Source of the DNA: an uncultured virus (IMG/VR IMGVR_UViG_3300020407_000003) | Taxonomy: Duplodnaviria > Heunggongvirae > Uroviricota > Caudoviricetes | Reading direction: 5' to 3' (one strand) | IMG/VR virus record: IMGVR_UViG_3300020407_000003 | Span: 56,613 to 76,612 of that record | Length of the DNA: 20,000 nt | Part shown: positions 7,977 to 16,990 of the stretch, one piece after another | Position numbering within the stretch: the stretch's first letter is position 1 | Layout of the letters: the number at the start of each line of letters is the position of its first letter | Program-made: the position numbers and the translations under genes | The notes under the pieces: model-generated | Databases searched by the model: none | What the model saw: the letters and a program-made list of their open reading frames with translations, nothing else | What the model was told of the DNA's origin: nothing

Positions 7977-9512
7977 ATGCCACGTATAGCGTTAGATTGT
8001 GGTGATAGTTACGATAGCGTCATACGCCCAACTGTCATCCAAGTAATAGATAAAGTAAAGAAAGTCACCGGTCTAAGTAACGTGAAGACTCTATTTACAG
8101 GTGATCCTCAAAACACACCTCAAATTGGTGGCAGTCTAAATGGGGAGGCTAAAGATGTTTCGTTTTCAAATGAAGAATACTTACAACTAGAAGTAAGAAC
8201 GCAATACGTCGATTCGGATATGTTGACTAACAATGTATTTGCACGAGGTAATATTCCTTTATTCAACGATCCTGAATTAGGTGTAGTGGTAACACCAGTG
8301 GTGGGTCATACGCAGGTTACCATCAGTGTTAAGTATAAGGCACAGAGTAAGAATAGCGCTGAGCGGTGGATAAGCGAAATCAAGCGCCGTACCGCCCAAG
8401 GGTTTAAAGAACTTATCCATGAAAGTGACTATCATTATCTCATCCCTAAAGAGATCCTAGTTATCCTAGATCAAATCCATCAGCGACGTGAGAATGTAGC
8501 GCCTTATGGTGAAGACCTTAACACGTACTTAAATAAACACTTCCACCCTAAAGTCACGTGGTTGTCTAACCAAAGCGGACAGCGTAAAGCACTAGGTGTG
8601 CGTGAACGTCAAACCAATATCCTAGGGTATTTCGATTTTGAATCAGTACCTGAACTTGAGAAAGGGGAAAACGGTAATTGGATTAGTACGTTTGATTACG
8701 TGGTGCAGTTTGACAGACCCCACTCAGTGGTAATGCAATATCCTTTAGTAGTACACAATCAACTATTGGATCCTCGTTTCTTTGATGATTCGGAAAACTT
8801 CAACCTTAATTTAGAGATGTACTTAAGCACAGCCTTTAATCAGGGATTAGATGTAATTGCACATCGCCATCGTCTTCCTGCCTTATCTACTATTATGGGG
8901 TATTCCGTTCCAGCCTTTGATGAGTGGTTACCTACTAGCGTCCCTATGGGCACCAGTACTATGGCGCGTATTTTACTTGCGGTCGATGAACAAAACCCTC
9001 GCTACTTGTGTAACATTGAAGAGCTGGGAGACTTTGCGCTAATTGATGAAGTGATAACCTATTTGAAAGAACGTCATGAGTTTGCAACGGTGCTAGGCGC
9101 GTGTCCAGTATTCTTTAGCCTCTACCAGGACCATACTCGTATGTCAGATAGTGTGTTAGCTATGGATGAGGAAGGTAATCTATTTACCACCGTAGATCTT
9201 TCTTTACGGCGAGTATATCACCTGCGAGTAGGTGTGTATAACGACTTAACGTTACTTAATCAAGAGACGTTGGAAGACATCCGTATCAATGGTCGTTTTG
9301 CTCAGATATTACTGACGGCACTTGAACCTCAATTAAAAGATGACCCTTTAATTGAATTGTTACCTGATGGTCGTATGCCTAAGCGTCAATTCTGGGACGC
9401 TATTGCAAAGATTAAAGGAACAAATGCCATGTACAAAAACAAGATAGAAGTATCGCGGTTTACTGTAGCCAGTTTAATGTTAACGGCCAACCGCCCTTCT
9501 CAGTACGCGTAG
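7977..9512 (+). CDS. Putative virion structural protein
   Basis: 511-aa ORF with GGA RBS. First of four tightly coupled genes in the phiKZ-like structural block. Confidence 0.6.
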   Translation: MPRIALDCGDSYDSVIRPTVIQVIDKVKKVTGLSNVKTLFTGDPQNTPQIGGSLNGEAKDVSFSNEEYLQLEVRTQYVDSDMLTNNVFARGNIPLFNDPELGVVVTPVVGHTQVTISVKYKAQSKNSAERWISEIKRRTAQGFKELIHESDYHYLIPKEILVILDQIHQRRENVAPYGEDLNTYLNKHFHPKVTWLSNQSGQRKALGVRERQTNILGYFDFESVPELEKGENGNWISTFDYVVQFDRPHSVVMQYPLVVHNQLLDPRFFDDSENFNLNLEMYLSTAFNQGLDVIAHRHRLPALSTIMGYSVPAFDEWLPTSVPMGTSTMARILLAVDEQNPRYLCNIEELGDFALIDEVITYLKERHEFATVLGACPVFFSLYQDHTRMSDSVLAMDEEGNLFTTVDLSLRRVYHLRVGVYNDLTLLNQETLEDIRINGRFAQILLTALEPQLKDDPLIELLPDGRMPKRQFWDAIAKIKGTNAMYKNKIEVSRFTVASLMLTANRPSQYA

Positions 9513-9521
9513 GAGTAAACT

Positions 9522-10892
9522 ATGCCTTTAATGACACCCCCAAAGCCAGATGCACGTACACGTACCCAGATCGAAGATAAAGCAAAGACGATCAAAGACC
9601 TGGTTACACCTATTACGCATCCAGAAGAAGCTCAGAGAGCACATCTTGAAGAAGTGATAGATACGTCGTATTTACCGACAAACTCTTTACTAGCGCACGT
9701 AGAGGGCTCAGAATGGACGGTTAACTATTACGGTCAAGTTTTAACTAACGGATCTGAGGCAAACCCCCAAGCTTTAACGCAAGATGCAGTACATCAACAG
9801 TATCGTCTAATCACAGGTCTAGCTATTAAAGTAACCAGTGAGATCTCACAAGAGCAGAACGCTGAAGACGGGACATTTACTGTATCAGGCGCAGCCACCA
9901 CTCTACCAGGTCTAGTACCTAATACGGGCGATATGTTCACTGCCGATGTAGGTGATGGTCGTGTTGGTGTATTCACAATAACCAGCTCACGCCGTATGAG
10001 TATGTTAAGAGACACGGTCTACGGTATTGAATACCAGATGACGTCTTTCTTAACCGGTGAGGTAGAACAAGATTTAAGTGAGAAAGTTGTTGAGACGCGA
10101 CATTTCAACAAAGATTATTTACTTAACGGTGAAGATCCTTTTTTAAGTACCAGCGATGCGGTTACTGAGAAAGACCTTAAATCTGATTACTACACGTTAA
10201 TTCAACATTACCTTCAAGCGTTCTACAGTAGAGAATACAAAACAGTACTACTACCTGATAGTAACGGTAATACGGCATCGGTGTATGATCCCATGGTGAT
10301 GAAGTTATTCCATTTGATCATTTCACGTAATGACGTGTTTGGTATGGAATACCCTACTATTAAACAAGTAGGTGGTGACGTTGAAACGGACACCCTCACG
10401 GTATGGGATGCACTACTTAAGCGTGAGCCTGACCTTTTACGCTTTGCTGCAACGCAATATCGTAAAGTCCCTGCCTCTGCCTTTTCCGTTCAACCGTTCT
10501 TCTCATCGATTGCATTAACGGGAATTGAAGAGGTTATTTGGCCTGCCTCTGAGCTGACGCACAAAGAAAAGCAAGCGGGTATTAAACGTAGCTCGCTTAT
10601 CGATGCGTTAGATGACGAGGGTGCTGATAACTATCAAACGCCTGATTCTGTAGATTTCTACGAGCCAGATATGGATGGCTACTATGTATTTAGTAAGCCG
10701 TTCTACGATGGTGATACGGAGTCTATGTCTAAATTAGAATACATGGTTGATCAGTATCTAGATGGGGATAGTCTGCGCTTAGGAGATATTAAAGCTATCC
10801 TAGAGAAGCTTTATCAGGCCACACCACTTCAGCAGTATTATCACATACCAGTGGTATTACTACTGCTTAAAGTCTTTGTTAGGAATTTATAA
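9522..10892 (+). CDS. Putative virion structural protein (phiKZ gp99-like by synteny)
   Basis: 456 aa, AGGAG RBS. Beta-rich N-terminal region (PNTGDMFTADVGDGRVGVFTIT) suggests a head-completion/tail-type fold. Confidence 0.6.
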   Translation: MPLMTPPKPDARTRTQIEDKAKTIKDLVTPITHPEEAQRAHLEEVIDTSYLPTNSLLAHVEGSEWTVNYYGQVLTNGSEANPQALTQDAVHQQYRLITGLAIKVTSEISQEQNAEDGTFTVSGAATTLPGLVPNTGDMFTADVGDGRVGVFTITSSRRMSMLRDTVYGIEYQMTSFLTGEVEQDLSEKVVETRHFNKDYLLNGEDPFLSTSDAVTEKDLKSDYYTLIQHYLQAFYSREYKTVLLPDSNGNTASVYDPMVMKLFHLIISRNDVFGMEYPTIKQVGGDVETDTLTVWDALLKREPDLLRFAATQYRKVPASAFSVQPFFSSIALTGIEEVIWPASELTHKEKQAGIKRSSLIDALDDEGADNYQTPDSVDFYEPDMDGYYVFSKPFYDGDTESMSKLEYMVDQYLDGDSLRLGDIKAILEKLYQATPLQQYYHIPVVLLLLKVFVRNL

Positions 10893-10894
10893 CC

Positions 10895-11461
10895 ATGGCT
10901 AGTAAACCCAAACACTCTAATGCATTTAAACTGTTTAACTATCCCTTTACCATCTGGGTAGCTAACATGTATATGGTGTCTGAAGTTGAAGCAAGAGAAG
11001 TCGGTACTTTTTCAACCGGTAATATGGCAGAAGACCAACAACTTGCCCAACAAGAATGCCGTCGCATGGTAACCATTTCTAAGATGGTAGAAATCGTAGA
11101 GATGGGTGGGAGCTTCAGTTTCATTAACGGTGAAGACGCACAACGCGCCTATGACATCATTGTCGGTCACTTAAGCGACTGGGTGGACGCGATCAATAAT
11201 CGTGTTAACATTCGTCGACCCCCTAAAGATGACCTACGTCAGCTAGATGCATTGGCGGCAATGATCTATAAGAGTGCACGTATTCGCATGGTATCTGATA
11301 CGTCTGTACCTAAGTTAGTACAGAAACTATTGAATATGTCACCAATGGCTACCCCTCAGAAACTTGTTAAGGACAGTGTAGCTAAGGATCACAAACACCC
11401 CATCACCGATATGATAGCGGATGTTGGCGAACTTAGGGATATAAGACGATGGCGGGATTAG
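10895..11461 (+). CDS. Conserved jumbo-phage hypothetical protein
   Basis: 188 aa, AGGA RBS, 2 nt from the previous stop, overlaps the next gene by 13 nt. Confidence 0.6.
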   Translation: MASKPKHSNAFKLFNYPFTIWVANMYMVSEVEAREVGTFSTGNMAEDQQLAQQECRRMVTISKMVEIVEMGGSFSFINGEDAQRAYDIIVGHLSDWVDAINNRVNIRRPPKDDLRQLDALAAMIYKSARIRMVSDTSVPKLVQKLLNMSPMATPQKLVKDSVAKDHKHPITDMIADVGELRDIRRWRD

Positions 11462-12885
11462 TAGATGAAACGGCGCTTTATAACGATGTCATTGATGTCA
11501 TTACCACGCAGTATGACGACGTGGACGAGCGCAAGCGCCCCGATAAACACTATCGTTATCGTTTAGAACTTTACGTTGGTGATACGCCTTACGAGGCGAT
11601 TAAAGTAGTCGCCGTTGATGTACAGCGTGACTTTCAAAACGAGTTTAGTGAATCCCTTATTGTTGAAGCGGTATTAGGTGTGGGCACATACGCCCACGCC
11701 ATCTATCCTAATAAACAAGGACTCACCGCTAAGCTTTATCGACAGTTGGTATTGACGGCAGCTAACGGTAAAATTGTAACAGATAGCGCTGAGGAGTCGT
11801 GGGATTATCAATGCATCATCGTAGGGGACCAGTCCCCGTCAGTCGTGGCATCTACCGAAGCAACATCAGACCAGGAGACCGGAGATCGTTCAGATGTTAT
11901 TAACGTAGAGTTACAACTTATCGAGCAGATTGTTGATGAGTTTCGTGTTGTAGAGGTAGGTGGGATCTTTAAAGACTGCACGGTAAAGCAGATACTTACG
12001 CTATTCTTCGCTAACGTACAGCGTCCTGAAACACCCCCTAGCTCGTTAACGGTAACCTCTGAGGATTATCTTGAATGGCGTCTTAAAAACCTTGTAAGTG
12101 GCGCACACATCATAGAACCAGACAATACGCGTGTCTATGACCACATCGTTATACCTCACGGTACGCGGTTGGTTGACTTGCCTAATTATCTGCAGAAAAC
12201 TTATGGTGTTTATAAGACGGGGATGGGGTATTTCTTCCAAAAGACTATATGGTTTATCTTTCCCGCCTATCATACACGTCGTTATGACAGTGTTGAACAA
12301 ACTCTCACTATAGCTAACTTGCCTGCTAATCGAATGCCTGGGGTAGAAAAGACATATAAGGTCAACGACCCCATTAAACATTACGGTAAGGTTTATATGT
12401 TGGCTACAGGGGATGTGGTGCAGAAAGACCATAGTGAGCGTCGTCAGATGAATGATGGTAATGCCTATTACCACGTCAATGCAGACAAGGTTATGGATGT
12501 GTTCAGTACTACCAGTGCTAACGTAACCACCATTAATGACGAAGACCATGAAGTCCAAGCTGCGGTAGAGAGTCGTATCCATACTAACTTCCTTAAGTTA
12601 AGTAAAGATGCCATTACGCATAACGCGTTTGTTGAAAACAGCAGGCTATCTAGACAAGTAGGCTCTCATGTTCAAATACGTTGGGAGAATGCAGATATTG
12701 ACCAGGTGTATCCTGGTATGCCTGTACTGCTACTCTACATCTTAGATGGTAACGTGGCTAAACTTTACGGCACATTACAGCGTATCGACCAGGACTCTAC
12801 CGCTATAGAACCTGGACCTACCGAACACCGTCATTTAAGAAACGCGGTTATTACCGTTTGGGTAGAGCGTGATAAAACCGATTAA
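11449..12885 (+). CDS. Putative baseplate hub-like virion protein (phiKZ gp101-like)
   Basis: 478 aa. Motifs YLQKTYGVYKTGMG and WENADIDQVYPGMPV are consistent with a contractile-tail hub. Call is from recalled synteny. Confidence 0.55.
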   Translation: MAGLVDETALYNDVIDVITTQYDDVDERKRPDKHYRYRLELYVGDTPYEAIKVVAVDVQRDFQNEFSESLIVEAVLGVGTYAHAIYPNKQGLTAKLYRQLVLTAANGKIVTDSAEESWDYQCIIVGDQSPSVVASTEATSDQETGDRSDVINVELQLIEQIVDEFRVVEVGGIFKDCTVKQILTLFFANVQRPETPPSSLTVTSEDYLEWRLKNLVSGAHIIEPDNTRVYDHIVIPHGTRLVDLPNYLQKTYGVYKTGMGYFFQKTIWFIFPAYHTRRYDSVEQTLTIANLPANRMPGVEKTYKVNDPIKHYGKVYMLATGDVVQKDHSERRQMNDGNAYYHVNADKVMDVFSTTSANVTTINDEDHEVQAAVESRIHTNFLKLSKDAITHNAFVENSRLSRQVGSHVQIRWENADIDQVYPGMPVLLLYILDGNVAKLYGTLQRIDQDSTAIEPGPTEHRHLRNAVITVWVERDKTD

Positions 12886-12918
12886 CCTAAACACCTACAT
12901 TACTAAAAGGAGACTATC

Positions 12919-13071
12919 ATGAGTGATGGTTTTGATGATTTTGATTTTGATATCGACGAAGCAGCACTAGAGCGTGCAAATGCAGAACGTATGGCAGAGC
13001 AAGATGAAGAAGCGAAAGCTTTAACGGAAGGCGATGTCGATGGCTGTGAAGGCGGTGCATGTAAAATCTAA
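12919..13071 (+). CDS. 50-aa acidic mini-protein ending in a ribonucleotide reductase alpha-like CxxxxC tail (DGCEGGACKI)
   Basis: Below the ORF-track cutoff. AAAGGAG RBS, ATG at 12919, TAA at 13069-13071, followed by its own terminator. Sequence: MSDGFDDFDFDIDEAALERANAERMAEQDEEAKALTEGDVDGCEGGACKI. Confidence 0.9.
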   Translation: MSDGFDDFDFDIDEAALERANAERMAEQDEEAKALTEGDVDGCEGGACKI

Positions 13072-13080
13072 AGAACTATA

Positions 13081-13111
13081 GGGAAGACTTTCGGGTCTTC
13101 CCGTTATGCCC
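13081..13111 (+). terminator. Terminator-like hairpin followed by TTATGCCC
   Basis: GGGAAGACT-TTCG-GGTCTTCCC. Confidence 0.8.
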
Positions 13112-13136
13112 TTAAGGAAACTAAAGGTAAAAAATC

Positions 13137-13688
13137 ATGAAAGAAGATATTAAAAAATTATGTCAGTTGCGCGGCGTAATCGTTGAGGTTATATCTAAGC
13201 CGAAACTAACTGAATGTCTAAGTAAAGAACTTGATGAATTAGACATGTCTATACGTGAGCCATTAAGAACTATAGATGACTATATCGCCCTAGCGAATGA
13301 GTTAGAAAACGCTATAACAAAAACTGTGTTTATTGAATCATTACTTGTAGACCATGACGAGATTGATTATGCAAACGGGAAGATGGTTTTTACATCTAAT
13401 CTTAGCGCAGTATTCAGGCGAATACATTGCGCGGTCGTAGTTAATGGACATTGTCTGGTGTCTGTTCATTCTACGTCAGGTCTCTGGTTGTTAACGTTAA
13501 TGCCATACATAACGTCATTAACTCTAGTTCTTGATGAAACTAAATGCTCTGTGATTATAAATAAGCTCGATAATACTACTGACAGCAATCAAGGTATCTT
13601 TAACCAGCCTACCAGTCCGTATAAAGGCATGAAGGCGTGGTCAGAAAACGCGGATTTTACATTTACTAAAAAACCAAGCAAGACTTAA
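13137..13688 (+). CDS. Hypothetical protein
   Basis: 183-aa ORF with AAGGT RBS. No recognised motif. Confidence 0.65.
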   Translation: MKEDIKKLCQLRGVIVEVISKPKLTECLSKELDELDMSIREPLRTIDDYIALANELENAITKTVFIESLLVDHDEIDYANGKMVFTSNLSAVFRRIHCAVVVNGHCLVSVHSTSGLWLLTLMPYITSLTLVLDETKCSVIINKLDNTTDSNQGIFNQPTSPYKGMKAWSENADFTFTKKPSKT

Positions 13689-13702
13689 AGGACAAGTAAT
13701 AA

Positions 13703-14173
13703 ATGGCTAGAATGAAACCCTTAGATGTCAAAGCGTATCAGAGAAACCAAACTCGGGTAGCTCAGTTGTTAGACATCGCTGAAGGGTCACCCGAACCCGT
13801 TAAGGCTTTTAATGCGTTAATGGTAAACCATATCAACAGCGACTTACCCACTGCTCGTAGTTTTAGACGCCAAGCAGTAAAAGGCGAATTCCCTCGCCCC
13901 TTTAAAGCCTGGAATGCCATCGAGCGACTTATGACGCACCATGGGTTAGATGTACGGTTTGATAAAAGTAGTGAAGCTATCTGGCTACATAGACAGCATC
14001 ACCCTCTACACGCTAAAAATGGATTTCCCTTTAGGCGTGATCTTAAACTTACCATGGAGATGATCAACTGGATTAACACCCATCCTTGCATTATTAAACC
14101 AGTAAATCAAACTGCGCTTTTAAAACTAATACAAGCACCTGACTCTCCAATAATCAGGGCAGGTGACAGCTAG
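13703..14173 (+). CDS. Hypothetical basic protein
   Basis: 156-aa ORF with AAGGA RBS. Arg/Lys/His-rich. Confidence 0.65.
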   Translation: MARMKPLDVKAYQRNQTRVAQLLDIAEGSPEPVKAFNALMVNHINSDLPTARSFRRQAVKGEFPRPFKAWNAIERLMTHHGLDVRFDKSSEAIWLHRQHHPLHAKNGFPFRRDLKLTMEMINWINTHPCIIKPVNQTALLKLIQAPDSPIIRAGDS

Positions 14174-14270
14174 TATATAAATACACACTGCCTTTAAACT
14201 ATTATGAGACGTGTTCTTTAAACACGCTTACACCTTTTAAACCAAAATAATAAATTAATGGATTATTACA

Positions 14271-14807
14271 ATGAACAATTCAATCCCTTTAAATACCGTA
14301 TTTCATTCTCCTAAACACCGTGTTGCTGACAACGCTAAGCGTCTGATTACCCTAACTAATCTGTCGCATTTTAAACAAGTTGTAGGCGCACTACATCCAG
14401 CTAAGGGTCTACCTACCGCCTTGGTTGATCAGTACAGCATTGACATGAATGTGTCGTCAGAGTGCGTTACAGCATGTCTGGAGTGGGTGTGTCGTGTAAA
14501 CCGCTTGGACAATGCTCAACTGCGTATCCTTGCGTTAACTAACATCATGTCAGGTCGTCTGTATGAAGAAGACTTGCTGACTAATGTTCATTTAGATGAG
14601 ATCGAGCAATTGCATAACGACCCTCACGCAATAGACCTAACTGCTATTGAAAAAGCAATGAACATCCATCGTACTACTATATGGGATCGCCCTACTATAT
14701 CGTGGTGTGAGATAGAAGCCATGGGGCAGTACGCGCCTACGCTTACAAAAACGTTTTACCGGTTAATTAACGGCAAGGCATTTATTAAAGAAAGTGTTTG
14801 CATATAA
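14271..14807 (+). CDS. Hypothetical protein
   Basis: 178-aa ORF with GGA RBS, after an AT-rich intergenic region. Confidence 0.65.
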   Translation: MNNSIPLNTVFHSPKHRVADNAKRLITLTNLSHFKQVVGALHPAKGLPTALVDQYSIDMNVSSECVTACLEWVCRVNRLDNAQLRILALTNIMSGRLYEEDLLTNVHLDEIEQLHNDPHAIDLTAIEKAMNIHRTTIWDRPTISWCEIEAMGQYAPTLTKTFYRLINGKAFIKESVCI

Positions 14808-14816
14808 GGATAGGTA

Positions 14817-15434
14817 ATGAGCAACAATGCCAATTTAATAACTGTAAGGCAGGAAGCCAACAAAGCCCGGATGTTTTTAAAGCAGTTTCTTGATCCGTCT
14901 TTGGACAGACGAGCAAGTAATTTCATCCAGGGATTCAACAACGTTTACGAAGCATCGCTCAGACAACTAGAAAACTTCCAATTCCGCAACACCTCATCGG
15001 TTACACTAACACACGTTTTTAATACTGCTGAGATCAACGCGTTGGGTCTAAGTGAACCTGCCGCGCGTGTAACTATGGCTGTAGTTAAACACCTGCCATA
15101 CACGGCTATGCAAAATGCCATATATCAAGATCTTGTTAATGAAATTGTAATGTTACCAGATAGCATTCCTACCGTTAAAATAGGTCGTGGTATCTTTGCT
15201 AGGAATAGGAAGTCAGTTATTAACTTCAACGTGATGCTGCAGGATAGGGTATTAGATTGGTATTTGCGCCATATATTAATACTGGGTAACATCCTCATAC
15301 TCGAACGACACGTCTGTACAGGTAAGCCATCGTCCGCTTTACTAAAGGCTTGTGCGGAACGTGCAACGAAGTTTGCTGTGCTATATCAAGAATTATTAAA
15401 ACGCTCACCCCTTTTAAAGGATATAATAAAATGA
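14817..15434 (+). CDS. Hypothetical protein
   Basis: 205-aa ORF with AAGGA RBS. ATGA overlap with the next gene. Confidence 0.65.
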   Translation: MSNNANLITVRQEANKARMFLKQFLDPSLDRRASNFIQGFNNVYEASLRQLENFQFRNTSSVTLTHVFNTAEINALGLSEPAARVTMAVVKHLPYTAMQNAIYQDLVNEIVMLPDSIPTVKIGRGIFARNRKSVINFNVMLQDRVLDWYLRHILILGNILILERHVCTGKPSSALLKACAERATKFAVLYQELLKRSPLLKDIIK

Positions 15435-16204
15435 AACAAAAATCAGTAGGACTATTCACCATACTACTAGCTACCGTTGCTATTGGTATTATCATGTCTG
15501 CAAGTACCGGTTATGCAGCGGACATTCCTAAGTCATTCCCTACCAGTGTAAAATGGATGGTAGAGGACATCCACAAACCCCCATTGAACCAGACGTTTTA
15601 TTGTGGGTGTGCTTTTAAAGATAATAAAAGTGTGGATTATTCAGACTGTGACTATCAGCCTGTTAATATAAACGGCACGCGCGCTAACCGCATTGAAGCT
15701 GAACATGCCATGCCTGCGGTTATGTTAGGTGGTGGGTTAATGTGTTGGGGTGATACACGTAAAGATATTCCTGCGTGTTATGAGTCGGATGGGGATTTGT
15801 TATCATCTAGAGCGTGTTGCGAGAAAACTAACATGATCTACGAGCGGGCGCAAAACGACTTAGTGAATCTAGTGCCCGCCATTGGCGAGCTTAATAACCT
15901 ACGTTCAGACAAGTTGTTTTCAAATATACATGGTGAGGGGCGTGACTTTGGTAGTTGTGATGTTGAAGTCAACCAAGAATATGTAGAGGTGCGTGACGTT
16001 ATGCGTGGGGATGTAGCCCGCATCTTTCTGTATATGTTAGATGCCTACTCATTACCACTTGATATTGTAATAAGCGATAAAGAACTCATGCATCTCTATT
16101 ATTGGGATTTAAAAGACCCCGTGAGTGATGATGAGCGTTTACGTAATCAGCGTATCTGTGAAAAACAAGGTAGTGGTAACCACTACGTAGGTGAATGTGA
16201 ATAA
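15431..16204 (+). CDS. endA: Endonuclease I family (EndA/Dns/Vvn) DNase with signal peptide
   Basis: Motifs TFYCGC, RIEAEHAMPA (cf. RIEWEHVVPA), DLVNLVPAIGELNNLRS, RGDVARIFLYM, DPVSDDERLRNQRI..QGSGNHYV. Likely start is ATG 15431 (AAGGA RBS, ATGA coupling), giving the Sec-type signal MKQKSVGLFTILLATVAIGIIMSASTGYA. Confidence 0.9.
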   Translation: MKQKSVGLFTILLATVAIGIIMSASTGYAADIPKSFPTSVKWMVEDIHKPPLNQTFYCGCAFKDNKSVDYSDCDYQPVNINGTRANRIEAEHAMPAVMLGGGLMCWGDTRKDIPACYESDGDLLSSRACCEKTNMIYERAQNDLVNLVPAIGELNNLRSDKLFSNIHGEGRDFGSCDVEVNQEYVEVRDVMRGDVARIFLYMLDAYSLPLDIVISDKELMHLYYWDLKDPVSDDERLRNQRICEKQGSGNHYVGECE

Positions 16205-16207
16205 TTA

Positions 16208-16236
16208 GGGAGGGCTTCGGCCCTCCCCTTATGCCT
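16208..16236 (+). terminator. Terminator-like hairpin followed by TTATGCCT
   Basis: GGGAGGGC-TTCG-GCCCTCCC. Confidence 0.85.
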
Positions 16237-16259
16237 GAATTTAAATAGAGAAATGGTTT

Positions 16260-16772
16260 ATGAATAAACTAACACCGTTTATAGATTTTGATACGGGTGA
16301 CTGTAAGAAGCCACACTATCTTAAACCTGAGACCAAGGGTCAGGGTATAGTACCACGAAAAACTAGCCAAGTTGAAGTACGACGTGTACCGCCAGATTGG
16401 AAACATCCAAAAGATAATGAAGGAAACTATATTCCTTTATTCGATGGTTTGTTAGTAGAAAAGCACAATTATAAAATTATGCTATATAAGAGTCGAGCAA
16501 AAGAAGGGTTTGCTACTATCGACGGGCTGCTATATTGGATGGGTGCTCCCTTTATACCCTGTGAAGACGGTTTAATTGATCCAACGCATGCAACTCAAGG
16601 TTACACTGCCTTTGAAGCTACATCGTATTGTCTCTATGATACTACTACATTAGGTACACCAAAGTCCCCTGTATTTGATAGTTTAAAAGATATGGCTGCT
16701 TGGATTAAACAAGACAACGACGGCCGAACACTTAATCACATTTTGGCTAATTTAGTTAGCTTGTTACAATAG
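16260..16772 (+). CDS. Conserved phage hypothetical protein
   Basis: 170 aa. The blocks EVRRVPPDWKHPKD and LYDTTTLGTPKSPVF resemble a recurrent phage hypothetical family (from recall). Confidence 0.65.
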   Translation: MNKLTPFIDFDTGDCKKPHYLKPETKGQGIVPRKTSQVEVRRVPPDWKHPKDNEGNYIPLFDGLLVEKHNYKIMLYKSRAKEGFATIDGLLYWMGAPFIPCEDGLIDPTHATQGYTAFEATSYCLYDTTTLGTPKSPVFDSLKDMAAWIKQDNDGRTLNHILANLVSLLQ

Positions 16773-16780
16773 GAAACCTT

Positions 16781-16990
16781 ATGTCTGATTCAACATTTAA
16801 CATAGAAGACAAGGCCAAAGATGTGGCAGCACGTCTTCGTAGTCTAGCAGACGCCATAGAGACAGGCGAATATGACTACCAAACCAAATTGTCAATCAAA
16901 GGCTTTAGTTTCAAATATGAACTTGAAGCAACACGAAAAGTAGAAGTGCCTTTACCCTTTAATAGTAACGAGGAATGTTCTAATGTTTAA
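16781..16990 (+). CDS. Small hypothetical protein
   Basis: 69 aa, AGGA RBS, 8-nt overlap with the next gene. Confidence 0.65.
   Translation: MSDSTFNIEDKAKDVAARLRSLADAIETGEYDYQTKLSIKGFSFKYELEATRKVEVPLPFNSNEECSNV

Noticed and set aside
12046..12582. 178-aa antisense ORF
   Set aside because: Fully nested opposite a credible structural gene, with no recognisable motif.
12896..12903. TACATTAC, one mismatch from the early promoter motif, upstream of the mini-protein
   Set aside because: Only about 4 nt from the RBS, so the TSS would barely leave a leader. Not supportable without TSS data.
12919..13071. Mini-ORF interpreted as a decayed nrdA pseudogene remnant
   Set aside because: It has a dedicated RBS, start codon and terminator, its N-terminus does not look like NrdA, and only 33 bp separate it from the intact upstream gene.
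15350..15430. Upstream GTG start for endonuclease I
   Set aside because: ATG 15431 has an RBS and ATGA coupling, and places the signal peptide at the N-terminus.
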